This document shows positions 22,409-34,565 of a stretch of 45,657 bases of DNA, piece after piece. The position numbers were made by a program, and so were the translations under genes. Every line of letters begins with the position of its first letter. Position 1 is the first letter of the stretch. Origin of the DNA: Octopus bimaculoides (Eukaryota); the NCBI RefSeq assembly GCF_001194135.2, contig NC_068982.1, positions 116,191,165 to 116,236,821 of the forward strand, read 5' to 3'. The notes below the pieces were generated by a model. It saw only the letters and a program-made list of their open reading frames with translations. It made no database searches and was not told where the DNA came from.

Positions 22409-23074
22409 CCCGGATGCAGTACCAGGCAGTGGCTCTCATGACTTCTGATCTTAATTGATTGGAAGTGTTATCATGTACATTGTTTTGTCTTGGTATAAAA
22501 GATGGGCTACAGCAAATATTCTGCTCAATACCACAGATTTGCTTGTCAGTTGTTTGACCTCAACCAGTTGAGCATGTCCCTTGGTGGCTGACGAAATGTA
22601 CATCTCTGATCATGAGCAGAAGTAGTGGGAGAGCATCATAGCCATGTGTTGAGAGGAATTCTTTGGGGTTTCAATAATTCACCTTTGGAAACATGGGTGT
22701 TTTGCTCAACATCCTTAAACGAACCTTATTCAGGGAGCTTTTGAGCTGGATGGGCTACTCGATCTAAAGAAAATTCTAAATGGGCTCCACCTGCAAGGTC
22801 ATGCGCTGTTTATCTTNNNNNNNNNNGCATCTTTTGTCAAGAATACAGGCGACAGTCAGATCGCTGATGTTGGTTGTGCATTTTCGCTGTCCTTGTTTGA
22901 TTGCTGTTATTCTGTGCATCTGTATGTTAAGATCATCTGTGTTTTGCATGGTTGCTAGATACAAAAAATAAGTCATTTGGAGCTAGAAAAACGTGAAATT
23001 CTTCAAGCAGGCATGTGTCTGATGCGAAATCTCTGATGAGTCTGAGTGACGCTGATGACCTGGAACCACCTCTG
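21071..23074. mobile_element. hAT-like non-autonomous insertion with 8-bp TSD
   Basis: TSD caatacac at 21063-21070 and 23075-23082; termini CAGTGGCGACTCC.. / ..GGAACCACCTCTG (imperfect TIR, CAG..CTG); repeated CTCGGGC motifs at 21088, 21193, 21330, 21349 (rc), 21494; removal restores the LINE reading WDMPIHTVREIK. Confidence 0.75.
22408..22816. repeat. ~0.5-kb (AAT)n-abutting repeat, copy 2, truncated by gap
   Basis: Directly preceded by (AAT)n 22348-22407; colinear with 18389-18790. Confidence 0.8.
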
Positions 23075-23507
23075 CAATACACACAGTCAGAGAAATCAAG
23101 GCCAAGAGGCCGGATATAGATGTCAGATATCACCAAGGAAAAATGCTTTCTAATCGATGTATCAATACCAACAGATGACAGTGTTTCTCTAAAAGAAACG
23201 GAGAAACATTCAAAATACAAAGATCTGGAAAAAGAGGTTTCTCGAATACGGAGCCTAAAAGCAGAAACAATTCCTATCATAGTAGCGCATTTGACATGAT
23301 AAAAAAAAAACTTTCAGACAAATACATAACAAAAACACCAAGACTTACAAGTATATATAACACTACTAGGCACTGCACACATCTTACGTAAAACACTTTC
23401 AATACAGTGGAAATAAGAACACCACAACAAACCACAGTACATACCCAAGGCACACAGAGGTGAGCTCGATAGCGCTGTGAAAGCACGTGATTAAAATAAG
23501 ACTACTG

Positions 23508-23609
<102 letters not shown>

Positions 23610-24895
23610 NNNNNNNNNNNNNNNNNNNNNNNNNNNNNNNNNNNNNNNNNNNNNNNNNNNNNNNNNNNNNNNNNNNNNNNNNNNNNNNNNNNNNNNNNNN
23701 NNNNNNNNNNNNNNNNNNNNNNNNNNNNNNNNNNNNNNNNNNNNNNNNNNNNNNNNNNNNNNNNNNNNNNNNNNNNNNNNNNNNNNNNNNNNNNNNNNNN
23801 NNNNNNNNNNNNNNNNNNNNNNNNNNNNNNNNNNNNNNNNNNNNNNNNNNNNNNNNNNNNNNNNNNNNNNNNNNNNNNNNNNNNNNNNNNNNNNNNNNNN
23901 NNNNNNNNNNNNNNNNNNNNNNNNNNNNNNNNNNNNNNNNNNNNNNNNNNNNNNNNNNNNNNNNNNNNNNNNNNNNNNNNNNNNNNNNNNNNNNNNNNNN
24001 NNNNNNNNNNNNNNNNNNNNNNNNNNNNNNNNNNNNNNNNNNNNNNNNNNNNNNNNNNNNNNNNNNNNNNNNNNNNNNNNNNNNNNNNNNNNNNNNNNNN
24101 NNNNNNNNNNNNNNNNNNNNNNNNNNNNNNNNNNNNNNNNNNNNNNNNNNNNNNNNNNNNNNNNNNNNNNNNNNNNNNNNNNNNNNNNNNNNNNNNNNNN
24201 NNNNNNNNNNNNNNNNNNNNNNNNNNNNNNNNNNNNNNNNNNNNNNNNNNNNNNNNNNNNNNNNNNNNNNNNNNNNNNNNNNNNNNNNNNNNNNNNNNNN
24301 NNNNNNNNNNNNNNNNNNNNNNNNNNNNNNNNNNNNNNNNNNNNNNNNNNNNNNNNNNNNNNNNNNNNNNNNNNNNNNNNNNNNNNNNNNNNNNNNNNNN
24401 NNNNNNNNNNNNNNNNNNNNNNNNNNNNNNNNNNNNNNNNNNNNNNNNNNNNNNNNNNNNNNNNNNNNNNNNACCACCACCACCACCACCACCACCACCA
24501 CCGCCACATCACCGCAGGGGACTCCATAGACTTTCATCGCAAAGATCAATATTTCCTGTCAGGCTTCCATTTGAATGCTTTCTCTCACCTATGTACTGTA
24601 ACCTCTCGTTTTCTCCCACACTTTTAATTCTGTACTTATTGTTCTACATGGGGTCATATCCGACAGCAGCGCACACTCCTAAAATTCCATACAGTGACGT
24701 CCTACATTCGACCTCATCCCAGACACACACATGAAAAGAGACATTGAAAATATCCTTGTCGTCGTGTCAGCTGAAGTCATCTTCGGCAGCAACATGTTAT
24801 AAAAAAAGAAAAAGTAAAGTCATGCATTTACAACCTTCATTAAAATAATTCATGTCGCTACAAATATTGAATCTTACATCACACTATAATATATT

Positions 24896-25074
24896 CTGTA
24901 TTTTAACGTGTATAAGGAACCCTTATATAAAGAACCCCCCTAATTTTGGGGGTTTAAAATTTGGAAAAAAAGGTTTTGTAAGGATTGTAATACTATCCAT
25001 GTATAAAAAACTGCCATATTTTTAAACCTAATTTTTGACAAACAGAAGAGTTCCTTATACACGTTAAAATACGA
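24896..25074. mobile_element. Tc1/mariner-pogo-type MITE
   Basis: Perfect 23-bp inverted repeats gtattttaacgtgtataaggaac (24898-24920) / gttccttatacacgttaaaatac (25050-25072); TA-rich flanks. Confidence 0.8.
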
Positions 25075-25098
25075 TATATTACACTACATCACACACTA

Positions 25099-25415
25099 CA
25101 CAAGTGGTTCTCAACCGGGGTCCATATGGCCCTTGAGGGTCCATATAAGATTTTGGTGGCAGCAGTAAATTGGGGATCCACAGTAGTATTTCAAGGGCCC
25201 CAGAAAAAAATTTGCTTTAGATGTATATATTGGTTATGCATTACATGAAACAGCTAGATTTCTTTCTCTAACATTTTACATAGTTCAATCTACATAAGTT
25301 AATGTAAGAAAAACAAAATGGGAATTTTGAAAGAAGTTTCTATAAAACTAGTTTTTAAATATCGAATGAGTATGGGGTCCACCCTAATGAATTAGTAATC
25401 AAAGGGGTCCATAGT
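25099..25415 (+). mobile_element. hAT-Charlie-like MITE, right end missing
   Basis: Left end caagtggttctcaaccgggg resembles CAGTGGTTCTCAA termini; recurring ggggtcca motifs; no right TIR seen. Confidence 0.55.
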
Positions 25416-25800
25416 TAAAGTAATATATTAATTATATTTTTGTATTATATTTTTGTGTTTAATCGCTAGATAGCAGCTACTACACCCTTTATGTTTGTCT
25501 GTCCTTGTTCGTCCCCTCTTTGTAATGCCTTCATGGCGAATCGTTAATGAAATAATGTAGTAAACTATACTACTACAACATAACTTACACAATAACATAC
25601 ACTGGTGAACTCCCATTTGTCGTAGACGACAAATGAGGCTTTCGAAATTTCTTGCTGAACAATCTGCATAGATGATTTGTTTATAATGATCAAATGTTGT
25701 GGTATACATTCTGGTATACAGGGGTCGAAGGAATCGAATGATACCCACAAATCCAAAAATAAATTTTTAAAAATGGAATTACTAGCTCTGTGCCTATATC

Positions 25801-26342
25801 AGAAACCATTGCAGTCTCTCCTCGACTCAATTCTTGTGAATGTAACTGAGTTGGCGGAAACTGTAGAAGTCCATAGGATGTATTTCATTTGTAAATCAAA
25901 GGCCCGTCTTTGTCACTAATTGTGCTACATCGAGTTTCTGTCTACCTCCCTACCTGCCTACCTGCTTACCCGCCTGCCTGTCTGTCTGTCTCCGACAACA
26001 GCTCAGTTTTGTCAGTAAATGTGCTACACTGATCCCACCTCTCTGACAATCATGTAAAGGGTATATGTATTTCTGCAATACTCAGCCACATAAATGTTAA
26101 TTCAATAGGGAAATAGTTCAGTTGACTGAACAACAGAATACGACATATCACTGAAACCGACAGAGATCCATTATAGCCCTTAATTTAACTGGCAATATTG
26201 TTTGTTATACTTGAGGTGGGTGCTGCTTTATGTTTCAAGGCCGCAAGAAACTATATTAGTTTATCAGTGACCTTAATATTTTCCACCCGTCACCACATAA
26301 GTGTTTTTTTATCTTCATTTGACATCGTTCCATCGCTACATA
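25801..26342 (+). repeat. ~550-bp interspersed repeat with central microsatellite, copy 1
   Basis: Colinear with 36503-37061 from agaaaccattgcagtct to tcgctacata. Confidence 0.85.
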
Positions 26343-29141
26343 NNNNNNNNNNNNNNNNNNNNNNNNNNNNNNNNNNNNNNNNNNNNNNNNNNNNNNNNNN
26401 NNNNNNNNNNNNNNNNNNNNNNNNNNNNNNNNNNNNNNNNNNNNNNNNNNNNNNNNNNNNNNNNNNNNNNNNNNNNNNNNNNNNNNNNNNNNNNNNNNNN
26501 NNNNNNNNNNNNNNNNNNNNNNNNNNNNNNNNNNNNNNNNNNNNNNNNNNNNNNNNNNNNNNNNNNNNNNNNNNNNNNNNNNNNNNNNNNNNNNNNNNNN
26601 NNNNNNNNNNNNNNNNNNNNNNNNNNNNNNNNNNNNNNNNNNNNNNNNNNNNNNNNNNNNNNNNNNNNNNNNNNNNNNNNNNNNNNNNNNNNNNNNNNNN
26701 NNNNNNNNNNNNNNNNNNNNNNNNNNNNNNNNNNNNNNNNNNNNNNNNNNNNNNNNNNNNNNNNNNNNNNNNNNNNNNNNNNNNNNNNNNNNNNNNNNNN
26801 NNNNNNNNNNNNNNNNNNNNNNNNNNNNNNNNNNNNNNNNNNNNNNNNNNNNNNNNNNNNNNNNNNNNNNNNNNNNNNNNNNNNNNNNNNNNNNNNNNNN
26901 NNNNNNNNNNNNNNNNNNNNNNNNNNNNNNNNNNNNNNNNNNNNNNNNNNNNNNNNNNNNNNNNNNNNNNNNNNNNNNNNNNNNNNNNNNNNNNNNNNNN
27001 NNNNNNNNNNNNNNNNNNNNNNNNNNNNNNNNNNNNNNNNNNNNNNNNNNNNNNNNNNNNNNNNNNNNNNNNNNNNNNNNNNNNNNNNNNNNNNNNNNNN
27101 NNNNNNNNNNNNNNNNNNNNNNNNNNNNNNNNNNNNNNNNNNNNNNNNNNNNNNNNNNNNNNNNNNNNNNNNNNNNNNNNNNNNNNNNNNNNNNNNNNNN
27201 NNNNNNNNNNNNNNNNNNNNNNNNNNNNNNNNNNNNNNNNNNNNNNNNNNNNNNNNNNNNNNNNATATACATACATACATACATACATACATACATACAT
27301 ACAAGTGGTCACCCGGCCTTCGCCCCTGTATGTACTGCACTCTACTCAAATGTATCCAAAAAGCATCTGTCCCAATAGCCATGTGTCAATTCGTAGTTAA
27401 GGGCTGCTAGTCTCCACACTTCACGAGAAAAAAGTCTAAATTCCCACCTGATGTTGCTCTGATATTTCCTGTTCTCTGGAGCGAGCATTTTTGGCTGCGT
27501 TACTTCAAAAATTGTTCCGCTCACAACTATTCTCTCAAGTGAACTTTTCTACTGGCTTAAGACTCCATCTAGCATACGTATGGTGTATCAAACACTCAAA
27601 GGAAAAAAATAGTCGATAAATAAAACTTATTAATCAATATATTAGACTCACTTCGTTCCATATCAAGATGAACGATGTAATCTTGACAAATGCTACACAA
27701 CTGCAGATTCAATAGTAACTTACCATGTACGGTACTACCTATACTACCAGATGGTACCATTTTACTCCGTGGGAAATAAATAAGTATACGTATGTAGAAA
27801 GAGGGAACAGTCATGCCTGGGGAGCCTTTTATTTATTATACACCTCCTCGTTCATAGTCAACTTGGGGCTGAAGCACAATACAGTATCCACCATCATTTC
27901 AAATCAAAAGCATAATATATCAGTATCGTTGCAGTTATCTCCCTTGTTCCATTGTTTGTCGCCCACCGAATCTGATTGCTTAATGATATGAGTCCTTTTT
28001 GTGTTTGACGGGGATCCTTTTTTGTGCGTGGCTGGAGCCCTATGTGTGTGTGTGTGGGGGGGGTCGTTTAGCATCTATAGGATCTATAACATTAAGCCTA
28101 CCTACACAAGTATACCCCACCAACTTTGTTTCTTAATAATGTCCAGAAAAATGGATATTTTTTTTAATGAAATTTATTTTATAAATATGCAAATTCTGAT
28201 TATATTGGAATTTGCTACAAAAAGATTTTTCCGAGGGCGGAGAGGGAAGATTCTAAAAGTCATAAATGTCAATTTTGTNNNNNNNNNNNNNNNNNNNNNN
28301 NNNNNNNNNNNNNNNNNNNNNNNNNNNNNNNNNNNNNNNNNNNNNNNNNNNNNNNNNNNNNNNNNNNNNNNNNNNNNNNNNNNNNNNNNNNNNNNNNNNN
28401 NNNNNNNNNNNNNNNNNNNNNNNNNNNNNNNNNNNNNNNNNNNNNNNNNNNNNNNNNNNNNNNNNNNNNNNNNNNNNNNNNNNNNNNNNNNNNNNNNNNN
28501 NNNNNNNNNNNNNNNNNNNNNNNNNNNNNNNNNNNNNNNNNNNNNNNNNNNNNNNNNNNNNNNNNNNNNNNNNNNNNNNNNNNNNNNNNNNNNNNNNNNN
28601 NNNNNNNNNNNNNNNNNNNNNNNNNNNNNNNNNNNNNNNNNNNNNNNNNNNNNNNNNNNNNNNNNNNNNNNNNNNNNNNNNNNNNNNNNNNNNNNNNNNN
28701 NNNNNNNNNNNNNNNNNNNNNNNNNNNNNNNNNNNNNNNNNNNNNNNNNNNNNNNNNNNNNNNNNNNNNNNNNNNNNNNNNNNNNNNNNNNNNNNNNNNN
28801 NNNNNNNNNNNNNNNNNNNNNNNNNNNNNNNNNNNNNNNNNNNNNNNNNNNNNNNNNNNNNNNNNNNNNNNNNNNNNNNNNNNNNNNNNNNNNNNNNNNN
28901 NNNNNNNNNNNNNNNNNNNNNNNNNNNNNNNNNNNNNNNNNNNNNNNNNNNNNNNNNNNNNNNNNNNNNNNNNNNNNNNNNNNNNNNNNNNNNNNNNNNN
29001 NNNNNNNNNNNNNNNNNNNNNNNNNNNNNNNNNNNNNNNNNNNNNNNNNNNNNNNNNNNNNNNNNNNNNNNNNNNNNNNNNNNNNNNNNNNNNNNNNNNN
29101 NNNNNNNNNNNNNNNNNNNNNNNNNNNNNNNNNNNNNNNNN

Positions 29142-29447
29142 TTGTAAGTGTTTATTGAGCGAAAACACCTAAAAAAGCTCCACGAGGCTCCGGCAGGGGG
29201 TGGTGGCGAACTCTGCTGTACTCTTTCACCATAACTTTCTCTCACTCTGTCTTCCTGTTTCTGTTGTACCTGTATTTCAAAGGGCCAGCCTTGTCACACT
29301 GTGTCACGCTGAATCTCCCCCGAAAACTACGTTAAAGGTACACGTGTCTGTGGAGTGCTCAGCCACTTGCACGTTAATTTCACGAGCAGGCTGTTCCGTT
29401 GATCGGACCAACTGGAACCCTCGTCGTCGTAAGCGACGGAGTGCCAG
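29142..29447 (+). mobile_element. SINE family A, 5' end lost in gap
   Basis: Near-identical to 11460-11763 (gtgtttattgagcgaaaacacct..gcgacggagtgcc). Confidence 0.9.
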
Positions 29448-29773
29448 TGTCGCTTGACATTTAGGCCCTCAAATGTTTCGGCAGCTGTTTGGAATGAGAA
29501 TCGAATTACCTGTATTCTTTGTCATTTATCAACTGATCAGTATTCACTCACCTCCACAAACATCAAACTGCTGGTGATAATAATTAAAAGCAACTAATTA
29601 GAATGTAAATATGTACCTAAGCACGAACTCAATTTGCACAATGAAACAAGGGTTATAAATAAACATAAGCTGTGTACGGTTTTACACCACACACACACAC
29701 ACAGATATAGATAGATATATATAAATATACATATGCATACATACACACATGCGCGAGTGCATATATTATATAT

Positions 29774-29819
<46 letters not shown>

Positions 29820-30365
29820 GTACGTACATAGACTGTATTCCTTCTGCACAACTTCAGGAGTGGACGGCCGAAAATATTCATGATCATTTTAGCCCTAACA
29901 TTTGGCCTTCTAGTTCTGCTAATTTAACCCCCTTCTACTATTATGTTTGGGGCGTCCTTGAGAGGGACATCAACAAGCATGCGAACTATATTACGTTTCG
30001 TTGATTTCTTCCACAGGCGACGATACAGCCAACATGAATAAAGATGACTTGAACAACGCATTTAGTCGTTTCTGAAGCTGTATGAAAGCAGTAAGCGAGA
30101 TTGATAGCTATTTTATTGAATAACCTTTTCATATATTCTATGAAAATATATTGATTTTTCTGACAAATATTTATATTTTCTTAAATCGTTACTTGCAGCG
30201 TGAATAAATATTTTTTCTTCTTTCGTCTGGCATCTGTCATATTGTTGTTTTCAATAGGCAAATTTTGTACTTGTTTTATCTTTTATTTGCATCTGAATAC
30301 TAAGCTCTTTACATCTTAGAACTGAACTATTTCTATATACAATGCAAGGGACTTAATCCATATAA

Positions 30366-30581
30366 TTCTTCCTACTGGAAGTACAAGGCCTCAAATTTGT
30401 GGGAAGGGATTAAGTCGATTACATTCATCCCAGTGCGTAACTAGTACTTAACTTATCGACCCCAAAAGGATGAAAAGCAAAGTCAACCTCGACGGCATTT
30501 GAACTCAGAACATGAAGATAGACGAAATACCGCTAAGCATTTTTTTTCCGGAAGGTTAACGATTCTGCCACTCGCCGCCTT
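30366..30581 (-). mobile_element. SINE family B
   Basis: Reverse complement of head (ctcgccgcctt) and core (cgaccccaaaaggatgaaaagcaaagtc). Confidence 0.88.
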
Positions 30582-30699
30582 GCTTAACTAATATAATAGT
30601 TAGCAGTTATGTTATATACTGTTACATCATCTTTGTGAAAGTTATTTTAATAAATATTTTAGCTTTCCTTAAATTAAAATGTTGCTTTCAATATGACAG

Positions 30700-30705
30700 A
30701 CGCAC

Positions 30706-30746
<41 letters not shown>

Positions 30747-30856
30747 ATGTATGTATGTATGTATGTATGTATGTATGTATGTATGCATGCATGCGTGGGT
30801 ATGTATGTATGCATGCAAGCACGTATGTATGTATGTATGTATGTATGTATGTATGT
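30700..30856. repeat. Compound (TCTG)n/(TATG)n microsatellite
   Basis: Visible tetranucleotide runs. Confidence 0.95.
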
Positions 30857-30985
30857 CATTATTCAGTTTTATTTCAAGATTTCTTGCCAATAGAGAAAGA
30901 GCCGGTTTCTAACCTAGATCCAAGGCTCCTTCATTGGAATTTCAACATCAACAACAGGGTATGTATGTATGTAAAAAAAAAAAAA

Positions 30986-32035
30986 ATCGCTAATGGTAAA
31001 TTACCTGAGGTTGTTGACTCTTTCATCTTCCTTGGAAGCTCTGTACTAAATGATGGAAACCTGGACACAGAAATACATCTGCGAATTCAAAGGACAACAC
31101 AAGCATTTGGTGGTTTAGAGTTATGCGTTTAGCCTCAACGACATATAAATAACAACACAAAATTGGCTCTTTACAAATTGTTTTCCTTACCATCCCTGCT
31201 GTGTTCATCTGAAACATGGACGTATTTAGAAAGACATTTCAAATTGTTAGAACGATTCCACCAAAAATGCCGTTGCTGCATTTTAAACATTAAATGGGGC
31301 TTTTTCACTCCAGACAAAGATGTCTTTGCATCTGCAGGCATCACTTCAATTAAATCAGTGAAAAATCAAATGAGATGGTCTGGCCATATTATTATAATGG
31401 CGGATGAACACACGCCCAAACAGTTGTTTTATGGCGAGCTTGCAAAAGGGAAACGCAATTAGTGAAATCCTAAAATGAGGTTTAAGGACGGCATAAGGAC
31501 TATCATGAAGTCACTTGGAATGGATCCAGAGGACATAGAAACCCTCGCTTCCGATCGAGCTGGATGGCAAACAAGAGTATGGAGTGGGGTGAAAGCGTTT
31601 GAGGAAGCCAGGCTAACGCATGCAAAACTCAAGAGAAATTCAAAGAAGAATGTTGCGATCGAGGTGAATCTCAGCGACCTTTTTGTGTACACAGTTTGTG
31701 ACAGACCATGTCTTTCTTTTGCTGGGTTCAAATCTCATTTGCTGACCCATGAAAAACGAACCACCACCAACTATTCTGCCTATATATCTGTGCCGTATAT
31801 GCCATATATGGCATATACGGCATAGATGCTGTATATGCTATAAGGCCTGCAAATCTAAAGGAAACCTCAAAAGAGATTTTAAAATCCACAAAGATCAGAA
31901 CTTAACAGTAGCTCTTGGTGGTCCAAATTGGATATGCAATCTATGTGGGTGTCTTTTCAAGCCACGATGGATCTAAGGTGTAGGTACAAGAGGTGGATCT
32001 AAGGTACATGATGGATCTAAGGTGTAGGTACAAGG
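30986..32035 (+). mobile_element. RTE (BovB-like) LINE 3' portion with C2H2-like fingers and tandem tail
   Basis: VVDSFIFLGS..EIHLRI..AFG; LLCSSETWT..LERFHQKC; QMRWSGHI..PKQLFYGEL.KG.R; RFKDGI..LASDRAGWQ; C2H2-like motifs 31688-31945; tandem ggatctaaggtgtaggtacaag units 31968-32035. Confidence 0.9.
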
Positions 32036-32283
32036 AGTAGAAAACCACCACCATATGTATGTATGTATGTATGTATGTGTGCAGATTTGTATGTTTTGCT
32101 TTGTGAATGTTTTCTCCTGCATATACTTGCATATGTAGACATGCTCGTATATACTTACATGGTAAACTTCTGGAAAGTTTTACAGATTTTTACAGTTCCG
32201 GTGAGGGACTGGATCTGTAGTCTTCGAATCAACTTTCTCCTTTCTGGTTTCGAGAAGCCTAATTTCTCAAGTCTTGTATTTAA

Positions 32284-32510
32284 TCAGTGTGTTACATATC
32301 CCAGTGCCCCAATAATTACAGGTATAAACCTGAACTTATAATCTGGATAAAGTAACTGCAGATTTCCCAATAGTTCAGCGTATGTATTCTCTTTTCCACT
32401 GATCTTCAGCTTTACGTTAACATTCGCTGGGCAGCCAATTTCCACAACTGTACACAGTTTCTCTTCTCCATCCCAAATCATTATATCAGGTCTATTGTGT
32501 TTACATTTAT
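32284..32510 (-). mobile_element. C-terminal RLE fragment of a second R4-like LINE family
   Basis: CKHNRPDIMIWDGEEKLCTVVEIGCP..KENTYAEL..FRFIPVIIGALG (PD..E..K pattern, IIGALG end). Confidence 0.75.
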
Positions 32511-32559
32511 TGAAGTTTTCGCAGGGACATGTATGTATGTATGTATGTATGTATGTATG

Positions 32560-32590
<31 letters not shown>

Positions 32591-32757
32591 CAGACATATG
32601 TTACTAATTGCAGATTATTTAAACTTTGTGGGTCAGTATGAGATGTACCAAATTAATCAACAGAACGATGCAGATATGGTTTTTATATGAGTTGTGAATT
32701 CGGCGTTTGGAACAGTATAGAAAAGCTGTAGCAGTCTGTTATTTTACAATATACTTA

Positions 32758-32935
32758 GTGGTACTTCGTCTGTTTGTCTTTACGTTTTGAGTTCAAATTC
32801 CGCCGAGATCGACTTTGCCTTTCATCCTTTCGGGGTCGATAAATTAAGTACCAGTTGCGTATAGGGTCGATCTAATCGACTGCCCCTCCTCCCCAAAAAT
32901 TTCGGGCCTTGTGCCTAGAGTAGAAAAGAATATTA
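32758..32935 (+). mobile_element. SINE family B, 5'-truncated
   Basis: gagttcaaattccgccgagatcgactttgcctttcatcc..agagtagaaaagaatatt. Confidence 0.88.
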
Positions 32936-33459
32936 AGGGGGAATTATCAACGACAAAATCCGCGAATCTTTAGTAATATTTGTATAAGTTGTTGCGGTGA
33001 GGGAGATGTAGACATGCAAGAAAGGGAAAGACGTTTAAAAGCGAAAACGAACTGTCCTAAAATATTGGGAGAAAGCATGCTCGTCTGACTAGGTGCCGTG
33101 TGAAAGAGAAGAAGCATCTTCACAAAGATGCTGTAACAAGATATAAAGATATAACATAACGTTAATAAGTATTTTATGGGTTAAGCCCCTGTAATTGTAT
33201 ATAGAAATAGTTCAGTTCTAAGATGTAAATAAAAGCTAAAACAAGTATAAAATTTGCATGTTTCATTTATTATTGAAAACAATATGACAAATGCCAGACG
33301 AAAGGGAAAGAATTCTGTTTAGCGTCCTGTAGTTATACATGTCAAAGATTGGATGTAGGTCGGAGAACAGGATAAATGAAAAAGTTTATCTCAGTTGAAC
33401 TGAATTTAACCCAAGATGTTAAATGAAACAATAGAACTTGTCTAAGTATGACAGCTGGC

Positions 33460-33505
<46 letters not shown>

Positions 33506-33715
33506 CCTTCTACTATAGGCACAGGGCCTGAAATTTCGGGGGAGGGGACTAGTCAATCACATCGACCCAGTGTTTCACTGGTACGTAATTTATCGACCTC
33601 GAAAGGATGAAAGGCAAAGTCGACCTCGGCGGAATTTGGACTCAGAACATAAAGACAGACGAAATACTGCTAAGCATTTTGCCCGGCGCGCTAACAATTC
33701 TGCCAGCTCGCCGCC

Positions 33716-33717
<2 letters not shown>
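33506..33717 (-). mobile_element. SINE family B flanked on both sides by (AAT)n
   Basis: Full head to tail; (AAT)n at 33460-33505 and 33718-33755. Confidence 0.92.
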
Positions 33718-33758
<41 letters not shown>

Positions 33759-34048
33759 TGATGATGATGATGATGATATACATACATACATACATACAAA
33801 CAAACGAATGAACAAACAAGAAATCTTGGAATAAACTGAATAATGACATACATACATGTATGTATCTCTGTCACCACCCCTCTCTGAAACCACCATTCGC
33901 AGAAACTTCAACATACACAACTTGGCTTTCGCATCCATCATTCACTGATTTTGCCGGTACAGAATCTTTTGTAATTCTTAACTTTTTAAACAATCAGTTT
34001 TATTCTCTTCGTGCATCCCTAACCAAGACAGATACTCAGAACATCATT

Positions 34049-34261
34049 CTTTTCTACTCTAGGCACAAGGCCTGAGATTTTGGAGGTAGGGGCCAGTCGA
34101 CTAGAACGACCCAGTACGCAGCTGGTACTTAATTTGTCGATTCCAAAAGGGTGAAAGGTAAAGTCGATCTCGGAGGAATTTGAACTCAGAACGTAAAGAC
34201 AGACGAAATAACGCTAAGCATTTCGTCCGGGGTGCTAACGTTTCTGCCAGCTCGCCGCCTT
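34049..34261 (-). mobile_element. SINE family B with TSD
   Basis: gatactcagaacatcatt (34031-34048) vs gatactctaaacatcatt (34262-34279), 16/18. Confidence 0.9.
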
Positions 34262-34565
34262 GATACTCTAAACATCATTGACATCTTTATCATCTTCAAA
34301 CCTATCCTTTATCAATCCATTACATCCTTGATATTTCTCGGAGCGTCAACCATTAACATATTTCAACTACTCGCCACATTTCGAGCACTTTAGGTACTTC
34401 AAACATTCTAGCAAACATACGAGTAAACTACTACCTAGTCTTATCCAGACGGTACCACTTTAGTCCAATTTAAACTTGTACGCTCAAATGTCATTAATAT
34501 ACAATTTAAACACCTCATACTACTCCTGAATTGTTTTCATGAAGCGATATTTCAGAAACCTTTTC

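Noticed and set aside
27303-27524. Possible CRE-type endonuclease C-terminal remnant on the minus strand (AAK..ENRKY..F..E)
   Set aside because: Resemblance is marginal and split across frames.
31968-32035. CRISPR-like repeat-spacer pattern
   Set aside because: Directly adjacent tandem units with no unique spacers, at an RTE 3' end in eukaryotic DNA.
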